From: the human T2T-CHM13v2.0 reference genome, Homo sapiens
Assembly (NCBI RefSeq): GCF_009914755.1
Contig: NC_060935.1
Direction: 5' to 3' (one strand)
Length of the DNA: 64,000 nt
The translations under genes were made by a program, and so were the position numbers. Each line of letters starts with the position of its first letter. The first letter of the stretch is position 1. The notes under the pieces were generated by a model that made no database searches, had not been told where the DNA came from, and saw only the letters and a program-made list of their open reading frames with translations. Of the stretch, positions 17,872-31,797 are shown piece after piece.

Positions 17872-17911
17872 AGGACTCGCACTGTGAGGACTCGCACTGT
17901 GAGGACTCGCA
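17872..17911. repeat. Perfect 15-bp tandem repeat (aggactcgcactgtg) x2.7
   Basis: Read directly from the sequence. Confidence 0.9.
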
Positions 17912-19059
17912 GAGTCAAGAAAGAAGATGCCAGCCATGGTTTTTCTTCTCTTATCCCACCAGGATGCAATAAATATCTCCCAACATGTCCAGTCACCAGA
18001 AAACTCCAGAAAAGAACTCCATTTCAGGAAATATAAGAATAGCTAACATTTTTATTTAGGTTGCTGGAAAACACACATACCAACTACAAGGTATTATTTC
18101 TAGACCCATACAAAACCAGAGTAAGGGAACTCTATTGAGACTGATTAAACATACTAAGTGTCTCTTTAATAGTTAAAAGATCAATTTAACTACAACGTTG
18201 TCTGCTTCTGGTAACTTTTCTTTTTCTAAATCAGTTTTCAAGCCCTGGATTTTTTTTTTTTTTTAACTAATGCAATTGAAAAATCTGCTTTGACTTAAGA
18301 AATTCCTTCTTTGTATCTGAATATCAAATTCATTCTAGCTTCTCCTTGTTTTCCTTTACAAAGAACAATGGAAAGGAATAGACAGACATGATTCTGAGAG
18401 GAGGCAGGCATCCTGGGAAAGATAGAGGATGGGCTCAAAGATTCTTTTCTGATGAAATTTCATTGCATTTTAAAAGAACTGCAGATACAGGAGTTTGTAA
18501 TTTTCCCAGACAGCAGCATGGGGACATGAATGACTGTGACAAATACATTTTTGGCTTCACAAGATGAGCTGCTTCCCAACTGATTATTCTTGTAACCTCC
18601 TTGAACCCTATTAACCCCTAGCAAAGGGTAATTATTGACTGGTAGGCAGGAATGGGGATGTTCAGTTGACCACCAGAACCTTACCAAGATGACCATGACC
18701 CAACAAGAAAAAGGAAATGTTTTCTCAACCTTGGATCTGTTGCCTCCCACACCTGTTCCCTTCTGTCGTCTCTATGCCCTTGCATATCTCTTTTGCGAGG
18801 TAGACAATTCAATTATACTAACATTCATCGTGATAATGATAATAAGATGAGGCACAAAGAAATTAATGTAACCCTGATCCTCAGAGAGATACCAGGATAG
18901 TGAACAGACAGACAAGAAAACACTTAGCACACTCTGTTATGATGAGTTGTTATGAGAGAGGTCTGAACAAAGTGTAATAAGGACAGACTCCCTGGAAGAG
19001 GCACAACTCAAACATCACCTCTTCTGAGAAGCCTTCCCTCCTTCTCCAGGCTGACAAGG

Positions 19060-21120
19060 ATGAGAATTCAGCCAACAAATGCTTACTGAGTGCACTGCAT
19101 TAGGATCTAGGAGGACATGATGATGAACTAGTCTTCAAAGTGCTTACTTTGTAGATACAAACAGACAGATAAATAAAATATGTAAAAGTTGTAATTGATG
19201 CAGTGAAGGAAGCAAACAAGGGGAATGAGGTAGGACTAGGAAAGAGAGACCTATTTTAGGTGGAATGGGAAGAGAAGGCCTCTCTGGGAAATATTATTCA
19301 AGCTGAGGACCAAAGCATGCTCCAGGATCAGAGGGTGCCAGTCATCTGTGGAATGGTGGTAGGGTAGAAAGTGGTTCTGGAAAAGAGAATGCAAATGTGG
19401 GCAAGACCGTGGGATATCTGAGGAACTGAGGTAGAAATTAGTAAGCTTGTAGGTTGAGGCTGAAGGAAGAAAAAAAAGGCAGGGTTAATACCAACATTTC
19501 TGGCTTTGAATCTCTAAACAGATAGAATTTACTGAGATGGGGAAACTTGGGAGTGGGTACAGATGAGTTTGTAGGGAAAAAAAAATCAAGAGTTCCATTG
19601 TACTATGATAATTTCCAGACATCTATGCATTGCACAAATGGAGACATCAGTTAGGTTATAGGATATATGAATCTAGAACCTAGAAAAAAGGCCTGAAATA
19701 CAAACATACATTTGGGAGTTATCAGGATACATGTGCTATGCAAATATCCAGGAAGTGATTTAAAGGGAATGCAGAGCCCAAGAGGAGATTGGGATTAAAA
19801 CTGGGTCCAATAAAATTTTCACAAACTATGCAAGAGCATAAATGATGAAGGGTTAAGGGAAGAAAGAGAAGAATTCCAACTAGGGAGACTTAGAAAGGAT
19901 TTAAAAGGTAAATCTTAAAAAAAAAAAAAACAGCAAGCACTACTAAAATACATCCAACTCTAGCTTGCTGACTAATGAGGCTATAGAAGTAAGGACAAGC
20001 TGGCTGACCCATCTGTCACTCTACAGATGACCAGGGTTGATCATGTGGACTTGACCATCTAGGCAGGCAGCCATTTCCTCCCTGTCCCTTCTGAGTAGTG
20101 CTCCCCTATACTGTAGGATCAGTCTCACAGAGGCACCCTGCTCTTCCTGCAGGAACCCCCAAAGTGAGCAATGAATTAGCCTCAGGTTCTAACTCTTTCC
20201 TTCATCAGTATCTTCCACGGATAATTCAAGACCTCCTCTTCATTAATCAAGCCCTTCCCTTAGCAGATGAACAGGCTTATAGCACACCTGGCCTAAAACT
20301 AAAACAACCCAACATATAATCCTGCTCTTGCCTTATCTGCTTTCCTAGTACCATCTACCTCTTGACTACCACTTATGGAAAAAAATAATTTGCATTCATT
20401 TTCTCTCCACCCATTCTCAACCCACACCAACATGGCAACAGCTGCCATCACTTTGCTGACCCAGCTCTGGCAAAGGCCAATGATGGCCTTGAAATTGACT
20501 AATCCAATGAGTACTTTTCAGTCCTTCCACGATTTGACCTCTCCATAGCATGCAGCACTGTCGGCCACTTCAAGTCACCTGCTCACTCTTGACTCCCCTC
20601 CTTACTTCTCAGCACCCTGCACCCCGCACCCCGTGAATCACCTCCCTCTGCCCATCTTCAGATACTAGAGCTTCCCAGGATGCTTCTCTTAGCCCAGTTC
20701 TTTTCTCTAGCTTCATGCTGTGTGCGGGTGAGCTCCCTTACATCTGTAATACAAATAGCACTCCATAAAGGCCCCGGCCTGTCATGACTCTAACTGCCCA
20801 GTGAACATCTCTACTGATATCCCACTCGCCACAAATGCTAAGCCAGTATGCTGAACCAAATTCACTGTCTTCTTCAAATTTAATTTCTCTCCTGAATTCC
20901 TTTTTCTGCACTTACCTCGCCCCCATTTGCTTAATCTAGAAGGCTGAGAGATGGCTTTAAGCCCTTCCACCTGCTCACACCTACTTGCACTTGGTCACCA
21001 AGTCCTTCTAAATATCCTTGGAATCTGGTAACCTATGCTCATTTCTATACCTTAATTCAGGTCATAATCTCCCACATAAATTATTGCTGCCATCTTCTAA
21101 CTAGTCTCAGTGCCTCATCC
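19060..21120. mobile_element. L2 remnants (~19060-19900 and ~20360-21120, opposite orientations)
   Basis: attcagccaacaaatgcttactgagtgc… and tactgagatggggaa…aagagttc… L2-type motifs. Confidence 0.55.
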
Positions 21121-21125
21121 CCCTT

Positions 21126-21446
21126 GATATGGTTTGGCTGTGTCCCCACCCAAATCTCAACTTGAATTGTATCTCCCAGAATTCCCATGTGCTGTGGGAG
21201 GGACCCAGAGGGAGGTAATTGAATCATGGGGCCAGTCTTTCCCATGGTATTCTCGTGGTAGTGAATAAGTCTCACAAGATCTGATGGGTTTATCAGGGGT
21301 TTCCACTTTTGCTTCTTCATCATTTTTCTCTTGCTGCCGCCATGTAAGAAATGCCTTTCACCTCTCGCCATGAATCGGAGGCCTCCTCAGCCATGTGGAA
21401 CTGTAAGTCCAATTAAACCTCTTTTTATTCCCAGTTTCAGGTATGC
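21126..21446 (+). mobile_element. THE1A-like MaLR LTR lacking its terminal ~30 bp
   Basis: tgatatggtttggctgtgtccccacccaaatctcaacttgaattg…caattaaacctc…ggtatg, then unrelated sequence. Confidence 0.85.
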
Positions 21447-22456
21447 CGGGTATATTTAAGGGTTTTGCTTTTATTGTTAATAAAGCCATGTTTTTGTGTG
21501 ATGGGGAAGGAGCCACTGGTCCAGAGGACAAAAGGGTAAAAGTTTTTGTTAAAAATAATTTATCTGACAGCGAATAGTGAATCATTCACACTCTTTTATT
21601 TGGCTGTTACATTCTATGTGCAAAAATGTATTTCCTAAATGTAGATTGAATGTAATCAGTGACATCTTTACCCATAAACTGGAAATATGCATAATATCGA
21701 TCTGCCGTGGTAAATAACAGACTTGTAACTATTAAAAACAGGTAAGGAAAGAAAAGAAAGGCAATTTCCAATGAGATTTGGTTGGCTTGCTCTACCTTCT
21801 GTTGCTCTACAATTGAGTCACTGGAATTAATTTGTTGTGCTGATAAAAACACAAACACAATGATAATCAATGTCTTGGTCTCAGAAAGCAGAGTCAACTG
21901 ATGCAAGAAAATAAGGGAAAACACTCACGAAGATATAATTTGCAAGACCTTGGGTTGTGTGTACAAAAGTGTTCTTTCACCTCTGAACATATATTAATAT
22001 TTGCCAGTGGAATAGAACAGAGAAATGTCAACATATACGTACCTTTGGCTTGAAGTTGACAGACTACCTGACTTCTTGAATCAACAGAACAATGCAGTGG
22101 ATATTCCAGAAAGGATTTACCTAATTCATTGTTCACTTTTCCCCAGGTAAGGACTCCATGGGAAATAACACTTGCAGGAGTGTGAAAATGGCTGCTGTCA
22201 ACACTGAAAATGTCAATAATAGCTATACTCTTGTTCCCAATATATTTATTTATTATTCCTTCTGACCCCTTCCATTATACTCACCACTCTAGATAGAAAT
22301 TAGATTAATGTAACTAATTTCTCTCTCTATAGCAGGACTTTCAGATAACCATCTTTCCATTGGACATGGCACCTTTGGAAGGACTGGAATGAAGAGAAGG
22401 GCTTCTCTCTTATGTACTTGGTGACTATGTGAGACACAGCTAAAGCTGAGGAAGAT

Positions 22457-22959
<503 letters not shown>

Positions 22960-22974
22960 TTATTTAGTTCCTTA

Positions 22975-23250
22975 TTTATTTCTAACAAATAAAAATAGTA
23001 TGTATTTGTGGTATACAACATGATGCTTTGATATACACATACACTGTGGAATAAAATAAATCAAGCTAATTAATGTATCCATTATTTTACATACTTATCA
23101 TTTTTTGGTGGTGAGAATACTTAAAATCTACTGTTCTCCCAATTTTCAAGTACACAGTCAATTGCTGTCAACTATAGTCACCATGCTGAACAATAGATCA
23201 CTTAATGTTATTCCTCCTGACTACCTGAAATTTTGTATCACTTGACCAGC
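22975..23250 (-). mobile_element. L1MA 3' end fragment
   Basis: …tttttggtggtgagaatacttaaaatctact…aactatagtcaccatgctg.acaatagatc… pattern. Confidence 0.75.
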
Positions 23251-23361
23251 AAGGTATAGCATTTTATTACAGATGATAGCTTTGTGGACGCCTGGATATT
23301 CTGATCACAAGCAACCAGACTCATTATTTTATTATCTTTCTAACATTTGAATTTGGAAACA

Positions 23362-23790
23362 GTGGTGGATGCTGTGACATGCTACCCAGATCCCTTTTCC
23401 CCCACATTCAGGACTGAATGATTCATTTGCCCAGCTGCTGGGCATGTTGATAAGTGACAGCTCTTAACTATATTCCCCCCAACCCCAAGCCTTGCCCTGT
23501 ACCGAGGGCCATGTCCCATTCCAGCACAGCCCCATTCAATGGCTGGTTAATGCAGGGGTAGAAAGGCCAAATCTCTTTCCTCAATTCAGGATCATTCTGA
23601 AGGGCCATCCCTGTTCCAGAGCTCCTTGTGGGTGGGCAGGCTTTGGTGCGACTGTTTCAACCTCTCCCTCTGCCTACCCTGGCTTCCCTCATTCCTTCAT
23701 GAGGATTTACGCTGAAAGCTCCTCCCAATAAATTCCATGCACACAAGTCTCCATCTCAGAATCTGCTTCCTGGGACCAACCAATGACACC
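23362..23790 (+). mobile_element. LTR16C-like ERVL LTR
   Basis: ggatgctgtg…cccagatccc…caggactga…gaagggccatccc…ccagagctcc…ccatctcagaatctgcttcc pattern. Confidence 0.65.
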
Positions 23791-24282
23791 TCAACCCCAG
23801 TGTATCAATACCTGTGAAAAGAATCTAAAGTTCAATGCTCTCAGACTAATAGATAATGAGTTCTACATTTGAAATGTTAGCAATTAATTATGACCTAAAA
23901 ATCAATAATCCTTCAAATGCTAAGATTCTATGATGATTTTATAAATATCTGCTGATTGATGGGATTGAGTTCCAGAAAAATCCTGGGAAAATAGATTCAG
24001 TCTATAATTCCATTACTCTCTAATCTATTCTTAGAAATTAGCCCAATATTTATTCTTCACACCTTTTCTAGACCATATGTTGCATATAAATAGAAAAAAT
24101 GATAGCTGAACCAATTCCCCAGGTACCATCAGCCACTTTAGAATGTCTGAGATGTGTGTTGTTGGTTGATAACCATCCATTTCACTCTTGAACAAGTTTG
24201 TTTAATTGGGTTTTGTTCATGTTGATGTCCATCCACTTTCCTAAGAAATCTATCAGATTCCAACTGTTCTTTCTTAATTAAT

Positions 24283-24451
24283 TTTTTTAGAGACAGGATC
24301 TTGCTATGTTGCCCAGGTTGAAGTGTAGTGGTTATTCACAGGCATTGTTATAGCTAGCTCACTGCAGCCCCCAACTCCCACGCTCAAGAGATCCTCTCGC
24401 CTCAGCCTCCCGAATAGCTAGGACTACAGGTGCACACCACTATGCCCAGCC
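24283..24451 (-). mobile_element. FAM (fossil Alu monomer)
   Basis: Monomer retaining 7SL-like tattcacagg segment. Degenerate TSD caactgt.cttt on both sides. Confidence 0.75.
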
Positions 24452-27400
24452 CAACTGTCCTTTTAAGTAAAGATTGAGATTAAACACAATCTGCAGCAGT
24501 TAGCTTTCCATGATATCTAAGAGAGAAGAATGATTTTCTTCTTTTCTGTTTTCTTTTACCTATCTCCCTTCATGTACTACTACTTCTTCCATTTGAAATT
24601 ATCTTGTTTGACATCTACAAATAGGTCTGACAATCATTTTCAATTAACTAAACTTATTCTCACTTTTTTATGGTGACATTTTCTTTTGAATGGCACATCT
24701 CCACTCAAAGAATAACTTCTTTCTGTAATGGTTGCTGTCCTTCTTAAGGCATTGCCTCTTAAATTCTTTAAGATTCTTTAAGAATTTAAGATTCTTACAT
24801 TATTTTTTCTTCAGAGACACTAGGTTATCTTGCTTTCTTTGAATGAAATTATTGAAGACACTTACTGGAGCAAAAAAAAAAAAACAAAACAAAAATAAAA
24901 AGCAAAGGAAGGATCCATGAAATTTTAAGGAAATGTGGATTAATTGCAAAATATGGATAATACAAAACACAGTACAATTAGATGACAAAAAAAACCTAAA
25001 AACTCAGTAACAGCATAAAATCAAAACTTCTCTAAGTTCCAGTTTTTTCATCTCTAAAATGAGATAATATTCCCTAGGGGATTTTCAAGGATGAAATGAA
25101 GTCATATATATATAGCCACATAAGCTTGGCTGATCCTATTTATATTTGTTTATGGTGATATGGAACACTGTAGATATATGTCAATTGCCTCACTCTTACC
25201 AAATTCTATACTTGGTGGAGAAAGCTTTTATAATCAAAAGAGAATGAAATGCCATGGGAATTGGGATTCCCTAAGGATTGAAGGGCTTCCAAAGGGAGTC
25301 AGACCACCAGTGTGGACAAAGTGCTGACATTTACTGCCATCTGTTGGGTGATGAGCAAACTGTCCCACTCTTTAAAACACAGAAATACGCCTCTGAAAGA
25401 TTTCTTCCTCAATTCAAAAGGCATCCTTAGCTCATCACTGTTTGCATCTGCTATGAAATAAATATCAGCCCCACTCCTAGAGGGACAAGACCAGTCGCTG
25501 TTTCAGTAAAGAGCGTAAGTTAAGTCGCAACCCTAAACAGCCACACCTGAAGGCTGCAAAAGAAAACATAAATTCCAGGGCCTGCTATAAGCTCAGCTAC
25601 ATTTGCCACTACAAAGCACATACCCAAGGCTCAATTCAATATCCCAAAGGTTGGGACCCATGTGGTCATGCCCTGGGCTCTTTCAAAGCACTGCCTCTAG
25701 ACCAGACAATGCTATTGGCTTCCTGACTACCAAACCAATAATTACAAAAGACCTCTCCATTATGTACAACCCAGACCAAAGTTAAAGAAAATAACAAGAA
25801 GTGCTTTGGGGGGTGGGGGGAAAGGTAGCTTGAAAGATCTTTTTTTTTACATAGAAATGAGATTTTGAATAATTCTTCAAATCCAAAACCACTAGGCAAT
25901 GGTGTATACCAAGAGAATGGTACGCATGCTTTCAATCTCTCAATAACTTCCTTGGAAAGGTAAGGGGTCAGGCAGGTAACATGAGAAAAGTAGTCTCAGA
26001 ACAGACTGTGCCCAACCTGAAAGGCATATGCCCTATCTCAGGAGATGGCCATTCCTCAGCCCCAGTTAACCCCTGCCCTGCTGGACTAAGAGGTATGGCC
26101 TAGTAACTACAGGCATGGATCCCAGAGCCAGGATGCTTGGTTTGAAAGCCTAGCTTTGCCACTCACTGGCTGTAAAATCTTGGGCAATTCACCTACTCTT
26201 TCTGTGCCTCAGTTTCTATACCTGTAAAATGAGGCTAAGAGTCACTCCTGCTGCATCATATTGTTGTGGGGATTAAATAAATTGATACACATTAAACTGT
26301 TTAAAGCCAACTGGGATATAATCACTCAATAAATGGTACCAAGATAAAAGGGAAGGTTCTTTGTCATCAGATCTCCCAATTTTTAAGAGAAGCCAGAATC
26401 AGGATTTTTTTTAAGGTAAAAGTAAGTATAGGTGAACAATTAAAACATGTTCAAAATCCTCTGTGAGCCTATAAGAATATACCCATGGGCCACATACAGT
26501 CCACAGGCACCCAGTACCTCATGTCCAGTGCTGGGAAAAAGGCAAAGCGGGAGGCAGACAGGTCTCAGATTCACTTCCAACTTCGTCACCAGCTCTGTGA
26601 TCCTGACAGCACAGTGGCTGGGAACTTGGGATGGCAGAACCACATGACAGAAAGTCCTGTGCCAGATTACAAACAGCAAGTGACAGATGGCCCTCCTGAC
26701 CAAACGTAAGAGAAGAAAGTACTCTCAGTGATTTAAGTGAAGCCTCTAAAATAGAGGGGGGCATGGGGACAGCATCTCCCTCCTTGACCCCAAACATCAT
26801 TCAAGGTCTTTAACATTGCCATCATCTATCCTAGAGACCAGGATTGACACAGATCAAGTCTAGCCATCAAATCGAGTTCATTCCCTTCATTCCATTTTCA
26901 AAGGACAATTCTTGCTCAGTGAGTCCATATTCTAAAGCAACTGTCGAGATTGCCAAAAACACCAAACAGCAGTTCAGCCAACAGTGGTCATATCTGTTTA
27001 TCTAAGTGAGACATTAAATACATGAATGAAAAATAAATAAATATCAACACCATTGAGAAACAATACTTTTTAAAAGAAAAACCAGAGCACTAAGAAAATG
27101 GGTCTTCTTTTTAAAATTTTAAAGATCTTCCTTTCATTCTCCTTTAATACTGCGGGCCCATTGTCTTTTCTGACATCATTTAAAGCCAACCAGACAGATT
27201 TATAATGAGATGCTAGTCCTTTTCTATTCTACCGACAAATATGTGGCCCATCTGCCTCCAGTCAATGATGGAGCACTTGAAGATGGAGCAAAGAGATATT
27301 TTTAAACATTCCTTTAATTAATTCGTTCCAAGGAGTTGGCACTTGGAGAGTTGCGGGGTGAGGGGCGGGCAGAGGGAGGAGAGAGCAAGCTCATGATCGT

Positions 27401-30400
27401 GGTAAATAAAGAGATTTGCCATAATCTGGATTCTAAAACCCTTTCTATGAAGCATCCTGCCTGGCCCCCAACAAGCTGTTAAGGGCATGAAATCAAAAGC
27501 TGCAAGCAAGGCAGTGTCTGGTGTTTGTTAGATGTTTCTTCAGACTGCGAAGACAAGTTCTTTAAATGCAAGCAAAACTAAAATTTTATCTTCAGAATAA
27601 TGCTTCTGCCTACTATTCCTAGAAGATTTAATACTATCAGTGTTTTAGTAGATTAAAATAATTGTAGCAGGCGACTGAAATGAAGAATAGTTTCAGCTCA
27701 TGCCAAGAGGCAAGCCAGTCCAATGGGAGAAAAATTCAATATGAGAAACAATTCAGTTTGCCTTTAAAAGGGGGGAAACCAGACATCAGGGCATTGTGTG
27801 ACACAGCCATGGAGGAGGGCAGGGAGGGGAGGATTTACATTGAAATCACTCTGTGTTGAGCTTCAAATCATGAAAAAGCTTTGCAATTCTGGAACTGTAG
27901 GATTTATGGCACACTGACCCAGAAATCTCACACTTAGCTGTTAAATATATTGCTCGTTTTTTGCAGCTGAAGCATCATCACTTAAGGACTTTTCCTTGTC
28001 TGACACATCCTTTAAAGCCAAAGCCAAAGGAGACACAAAACACCTAATTGTGTTGCATGGAAGAGGAAAAGAAGTGGCCATTGATACTGATGAACAGATT
28101 TGTCTTTTGGTTTTTAATAACATGGAGTTTCTGCCTCACAAGTTTCATCTGGATTTAGAAATTATTTCCTGAGAATTAAGCTTTCAATTACTCACAAGCG
28201 ACTGTCTTAGTAAACATGAAATGGTTTTCTCATAGCTCTACTAATATCTATTTTCCCCAAGGAGGCTGATTTCTATATTATTGAAAATGAGAAATGAAAA
28301 TTCCAGCCAAGCCTGAGGCATGCAACCTGCAAACCCCTCTAGACCATAAGCCCCACATCCTTCACTCACTTTCCAATAAGTCCACGCTGTAGGGTCTTCC
28401 TCCTGCTGACCTCAAATTCATTCCCAAGGGGAGAAGCAAGAGGACAATGGTTATGGTTTGCTTTTATTTGCTTGAAATAATAAATTCAAGGGGTCTCCCT
28501 TGCCAGGGTTTTTCCACTGTCAGCAGTTTTCTGTTTCCCTTGCTCTTTAAGTCAAACTGAAGCCCAAGCCCTCATGGCTGGCTTTCCCCTGACCCCTTGG
28601 CTCCTGGGAGCTGATCAGAAGACAGATTGCCGTGGGTCTCTGACATACAGAGTGACCTAGCCACCCCCCACCTCCAAGAAGATATTTCTAAAATGCCTGC
28701 CTCTTCAGCATCTGGACACTCCACTGTGACCCAGTCAGTAATGGACACTAGCCTGGCTGCCACCAACTACTTATAATCTCTTTCCAATTTGGGTCAGGGA
28801 CCTAAAAGCCATCTCCGTAATTCTAGCCATGACAGGGGACTCAGAAAAAAGAATGCTCAACTATTAAATTAGACCTTGCTTTGCAGGAAAATACCTCTCA
28901 GAGCCTGGGAACTACCAAAGAGTCCACTATTGATTTTTATAGAAACTGGATGCTAATAATCTCAATTCCAAATAATCAAAGCCCTCAAAAAACCAGACTG
29001 TGGTGGCATATGCTCTGTACAGGCAAAGATCAATGCACAGGTTACAAAGAGAATATCCTAAAAGGCAATTTGCAGGATAGGTATGCCAAAAGTTTGAGAG
29101 AAAGCCAGTAATCTGCACCAGCCATGCCCAGCACACATCATTTTCAGATGATAACCCCAAAGCTTTGCCAAGTCTTGGAATCTTTCTGAAAAGATGGTAT
29201 TCCCTATATATAATTTTATCCTTAAAGTCTATTTTTGTTGGACTGCCTACTTCACAGAGTTACTGGAAGAATCAAATGTGATGAGGTACACGAATGAGCT
29301 TTGAAAGTGAAGTGTTAAACAAACATAAGATGTCATTATTGCTTCTAATAATTCTTTAGAAATTGGTAATTAACATGTTCTGCGGCTGATAATTACATCA
29401 CCAAATAAATGTGAACCAGAATGGTCAGTTTCCCATATTATCCTATTCCCCAAACATTCTGGGTCAAACAAAGTTGAACTGAAAATATATAAATTGAAAG
29501 CATATAACTATATTGCTATTTTTGCTTCCTTCTCAGTAATGTATGTTTCAAGGAAACAATTTCAATATTGTTAGAGGGCAAAAGCTAACAAAGGAGACAG
29601 CCTGAGGAGTCTTAGTAAATTTTTCTTTACAAGGCACATTAACCAAAGATGTTAGAAGTTGCAAGAGATCTCATGAGTCCACGTGAACAATTTACTAATA
29701 AAAATCCTTGACTGGATGGAGCTAGACTTCTAAAAGGCAAATCCCAGACTATTTCTGTATCCCCCCAACTCGGAGTTCCTCACATGTGAGTTCCACTCAA
29801 CAAGTGCTCAGTAAATGCTCCTGCAAGAAAAGAAGAGAAGAAGAAAGGAAAGACCAGGGCTTCTGAGAATGTCACCTGCTCATCAGTTACTGCTGTTAAA
29901 TAATAATGGGTCATAGATCCTATATTTGTTTCCCAGCCGTTCAACTTTTTTCAATTCTTTCTTCTCTTAAATATAAGTTCCTCTGATGAATCTTTTCTTA
30001 ACCATAAACAGTGCAGAAAGATGGGATTAATTGGATGGGAATCTTTCTAAAATGCCGAAAATCACTTTGGCTCTACATTGAATGTCACATCATTTGACAG
30101 CTTTCATTTAGGACAAAGGTGAAATAAACTTACTTAGTTTGGGGTTGTTGTTGTAACCTCTCCTTCTCTATCTGGCCATCAAAATAGGGAGTGAGCTGGA
30201 TGCAGGATTTGGAAGACTAATATCATCCATCTTTTTCACAGATGTTTTCCACCCTAGCCTTTACAAGCAAGGATAAGTCTAGAAGGTCCATGAAGGCAAC
30301 CAGAAATTCTTTCATATCTTTTCTAATATAAAAGCCTTTTTAACTAAACATGGTAAGACACTGATCTTGATCCATATGGGCTCCTAGTATCTATTTCTAG

Positions 30401-31780
30401 AGATCTGTTTTAGCACAAGGTACCACCCTCCTTGTACACAGGTGTCTTCCTGAAACATCTTTTTGGAGAAATAATAATCAAAAAAGTCTAAACTGCAAAA
30501 TAGGGCAAAGGGAGAGACAAAATTTCATGCAATGACAAGATGCCAGATGCCTTTGGAAGGACTCTGGGGGACAGAAAATGAATGAATTCCTTCTCCTGGA
30601 CAGAGAGACAGTTCTAGAAATATTTTCCTTCTATTGGAGATTGCAGTCTAGAGATCTGGCTTTGGATACCAGCTCTTCAGCCTGTTTAGAGATCCATTCC
30701 CCTAAAACAAGCCTGCGGAGTTGGTAAAATTTCTTAGGAGAAACTGGAAAATGCCAACACCACCACTTGAGCCCAGAGAAGCCCCTGATATTTGCTTTTC
30801 ACATAACATGGATTTTGTGATCGCTTGCAAGTGAGTAACTGCAATTTTGGGAATTAACCAAAGGGCTGAGCTGCCCAGTCTTTTCATTGCCACTCAGGTT
30901 CTACGAAGCCCAAAAAGTTTTCTGGGAGATACTGGTCCAAGGACTCTGTGGACCTTTCCTTTGATGTGTGAGTATTCAAAGAATCCTTTTGCCCCCTGCA
31001 GCCCCTTCTGTCTCTTGCTAAAGACAATTGTCTTTAGTTATCACTGCGAGGGAGCTTTCCCCATGCCAGCTGGAATCTTGGGAGGCAGGACACGACTCCG
31101 GATCCTCGGGCTGAATAGGGAAGCCAATGCTATCCCTGCCCGCTGGAGTCTGGCGACTCCTGCCCTTGTCCCAAACCACACGTTTTCCCGCCTCCCGGGA
31201 AGCACCCAAATCTCTTCCACCCTTCCTTAGAGCTAGCCAGGGAGATTCCGCCTTCCAGGGACAAGGACCGATCGGAGCGGGCCCAGCATCTCCATGGCGA
31301 CTCTGCAAACCTGGCGTTCAAGGCCGCGCGCGCTGGTCCTTGCCCCGCCCCAGGGCCCTGTCTTGGCTCATTCCTTCCGAGCCGGCACCACCTGCAAGCC
31401 CGCCTCGGGCCTGGGGCGCCGCGCTCCAGGCGCTGCTACCCCGGTGTCTGCTCACACTATGCCCAATCCCCTATTGTTTTGAAATCCCAAAAGTAACCTC
31501 AAGAGGATTTCTTCCTCACACTCTCAGGCCCCCAGCGCACCTTACCCTTTTTATCAAAATAAAACAACCCTCCACCTCTCGCATTTTCAAAGGATTAAGC
31601 AGCAATCTCCAGGAAAGAAAATCAATCCCCTCCCCACCATCCCATCCCCAGCCAAGCTACGGCTCCGCCACCACCTCCGAGGCCCGCCGCCGCCGCCTCT
31701 CTATCCGCATCCCGGATAGGGGCGCCACCACCCCGCGCGTGACCCCGCTTTCCCGCGGGTACAGATAAAAATCCCCTCAC

Positions 31781-31797
31781 CCTTCCGTAGATGCCAT
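31781..31797 (-). CDS. SLC1A2: SLC1A2 (EAAT2/GLT-1 glutamate transporter) coding exon 1, 17 nt: M-A-S-T-E-G(partial codon)
   Basis: Minus strand reads accATGGCATCTACGGAAGG|gtgagg: strong Kozak context, MASTEG N-terminus of human EAAT2, canonical donor at 31780. It lies in a CpG island just downstream of the PAMR1 3' end, which is the known gene order. Confidence 0.96.

Noticed and set aside
21740-22155. Plus-strand CAG|GTAAGG donors (~21742 and ~22147) as antisense lncRNA exons
   Set aside because: Isolated donor matches are expected by chance and no exon structure could be defined.
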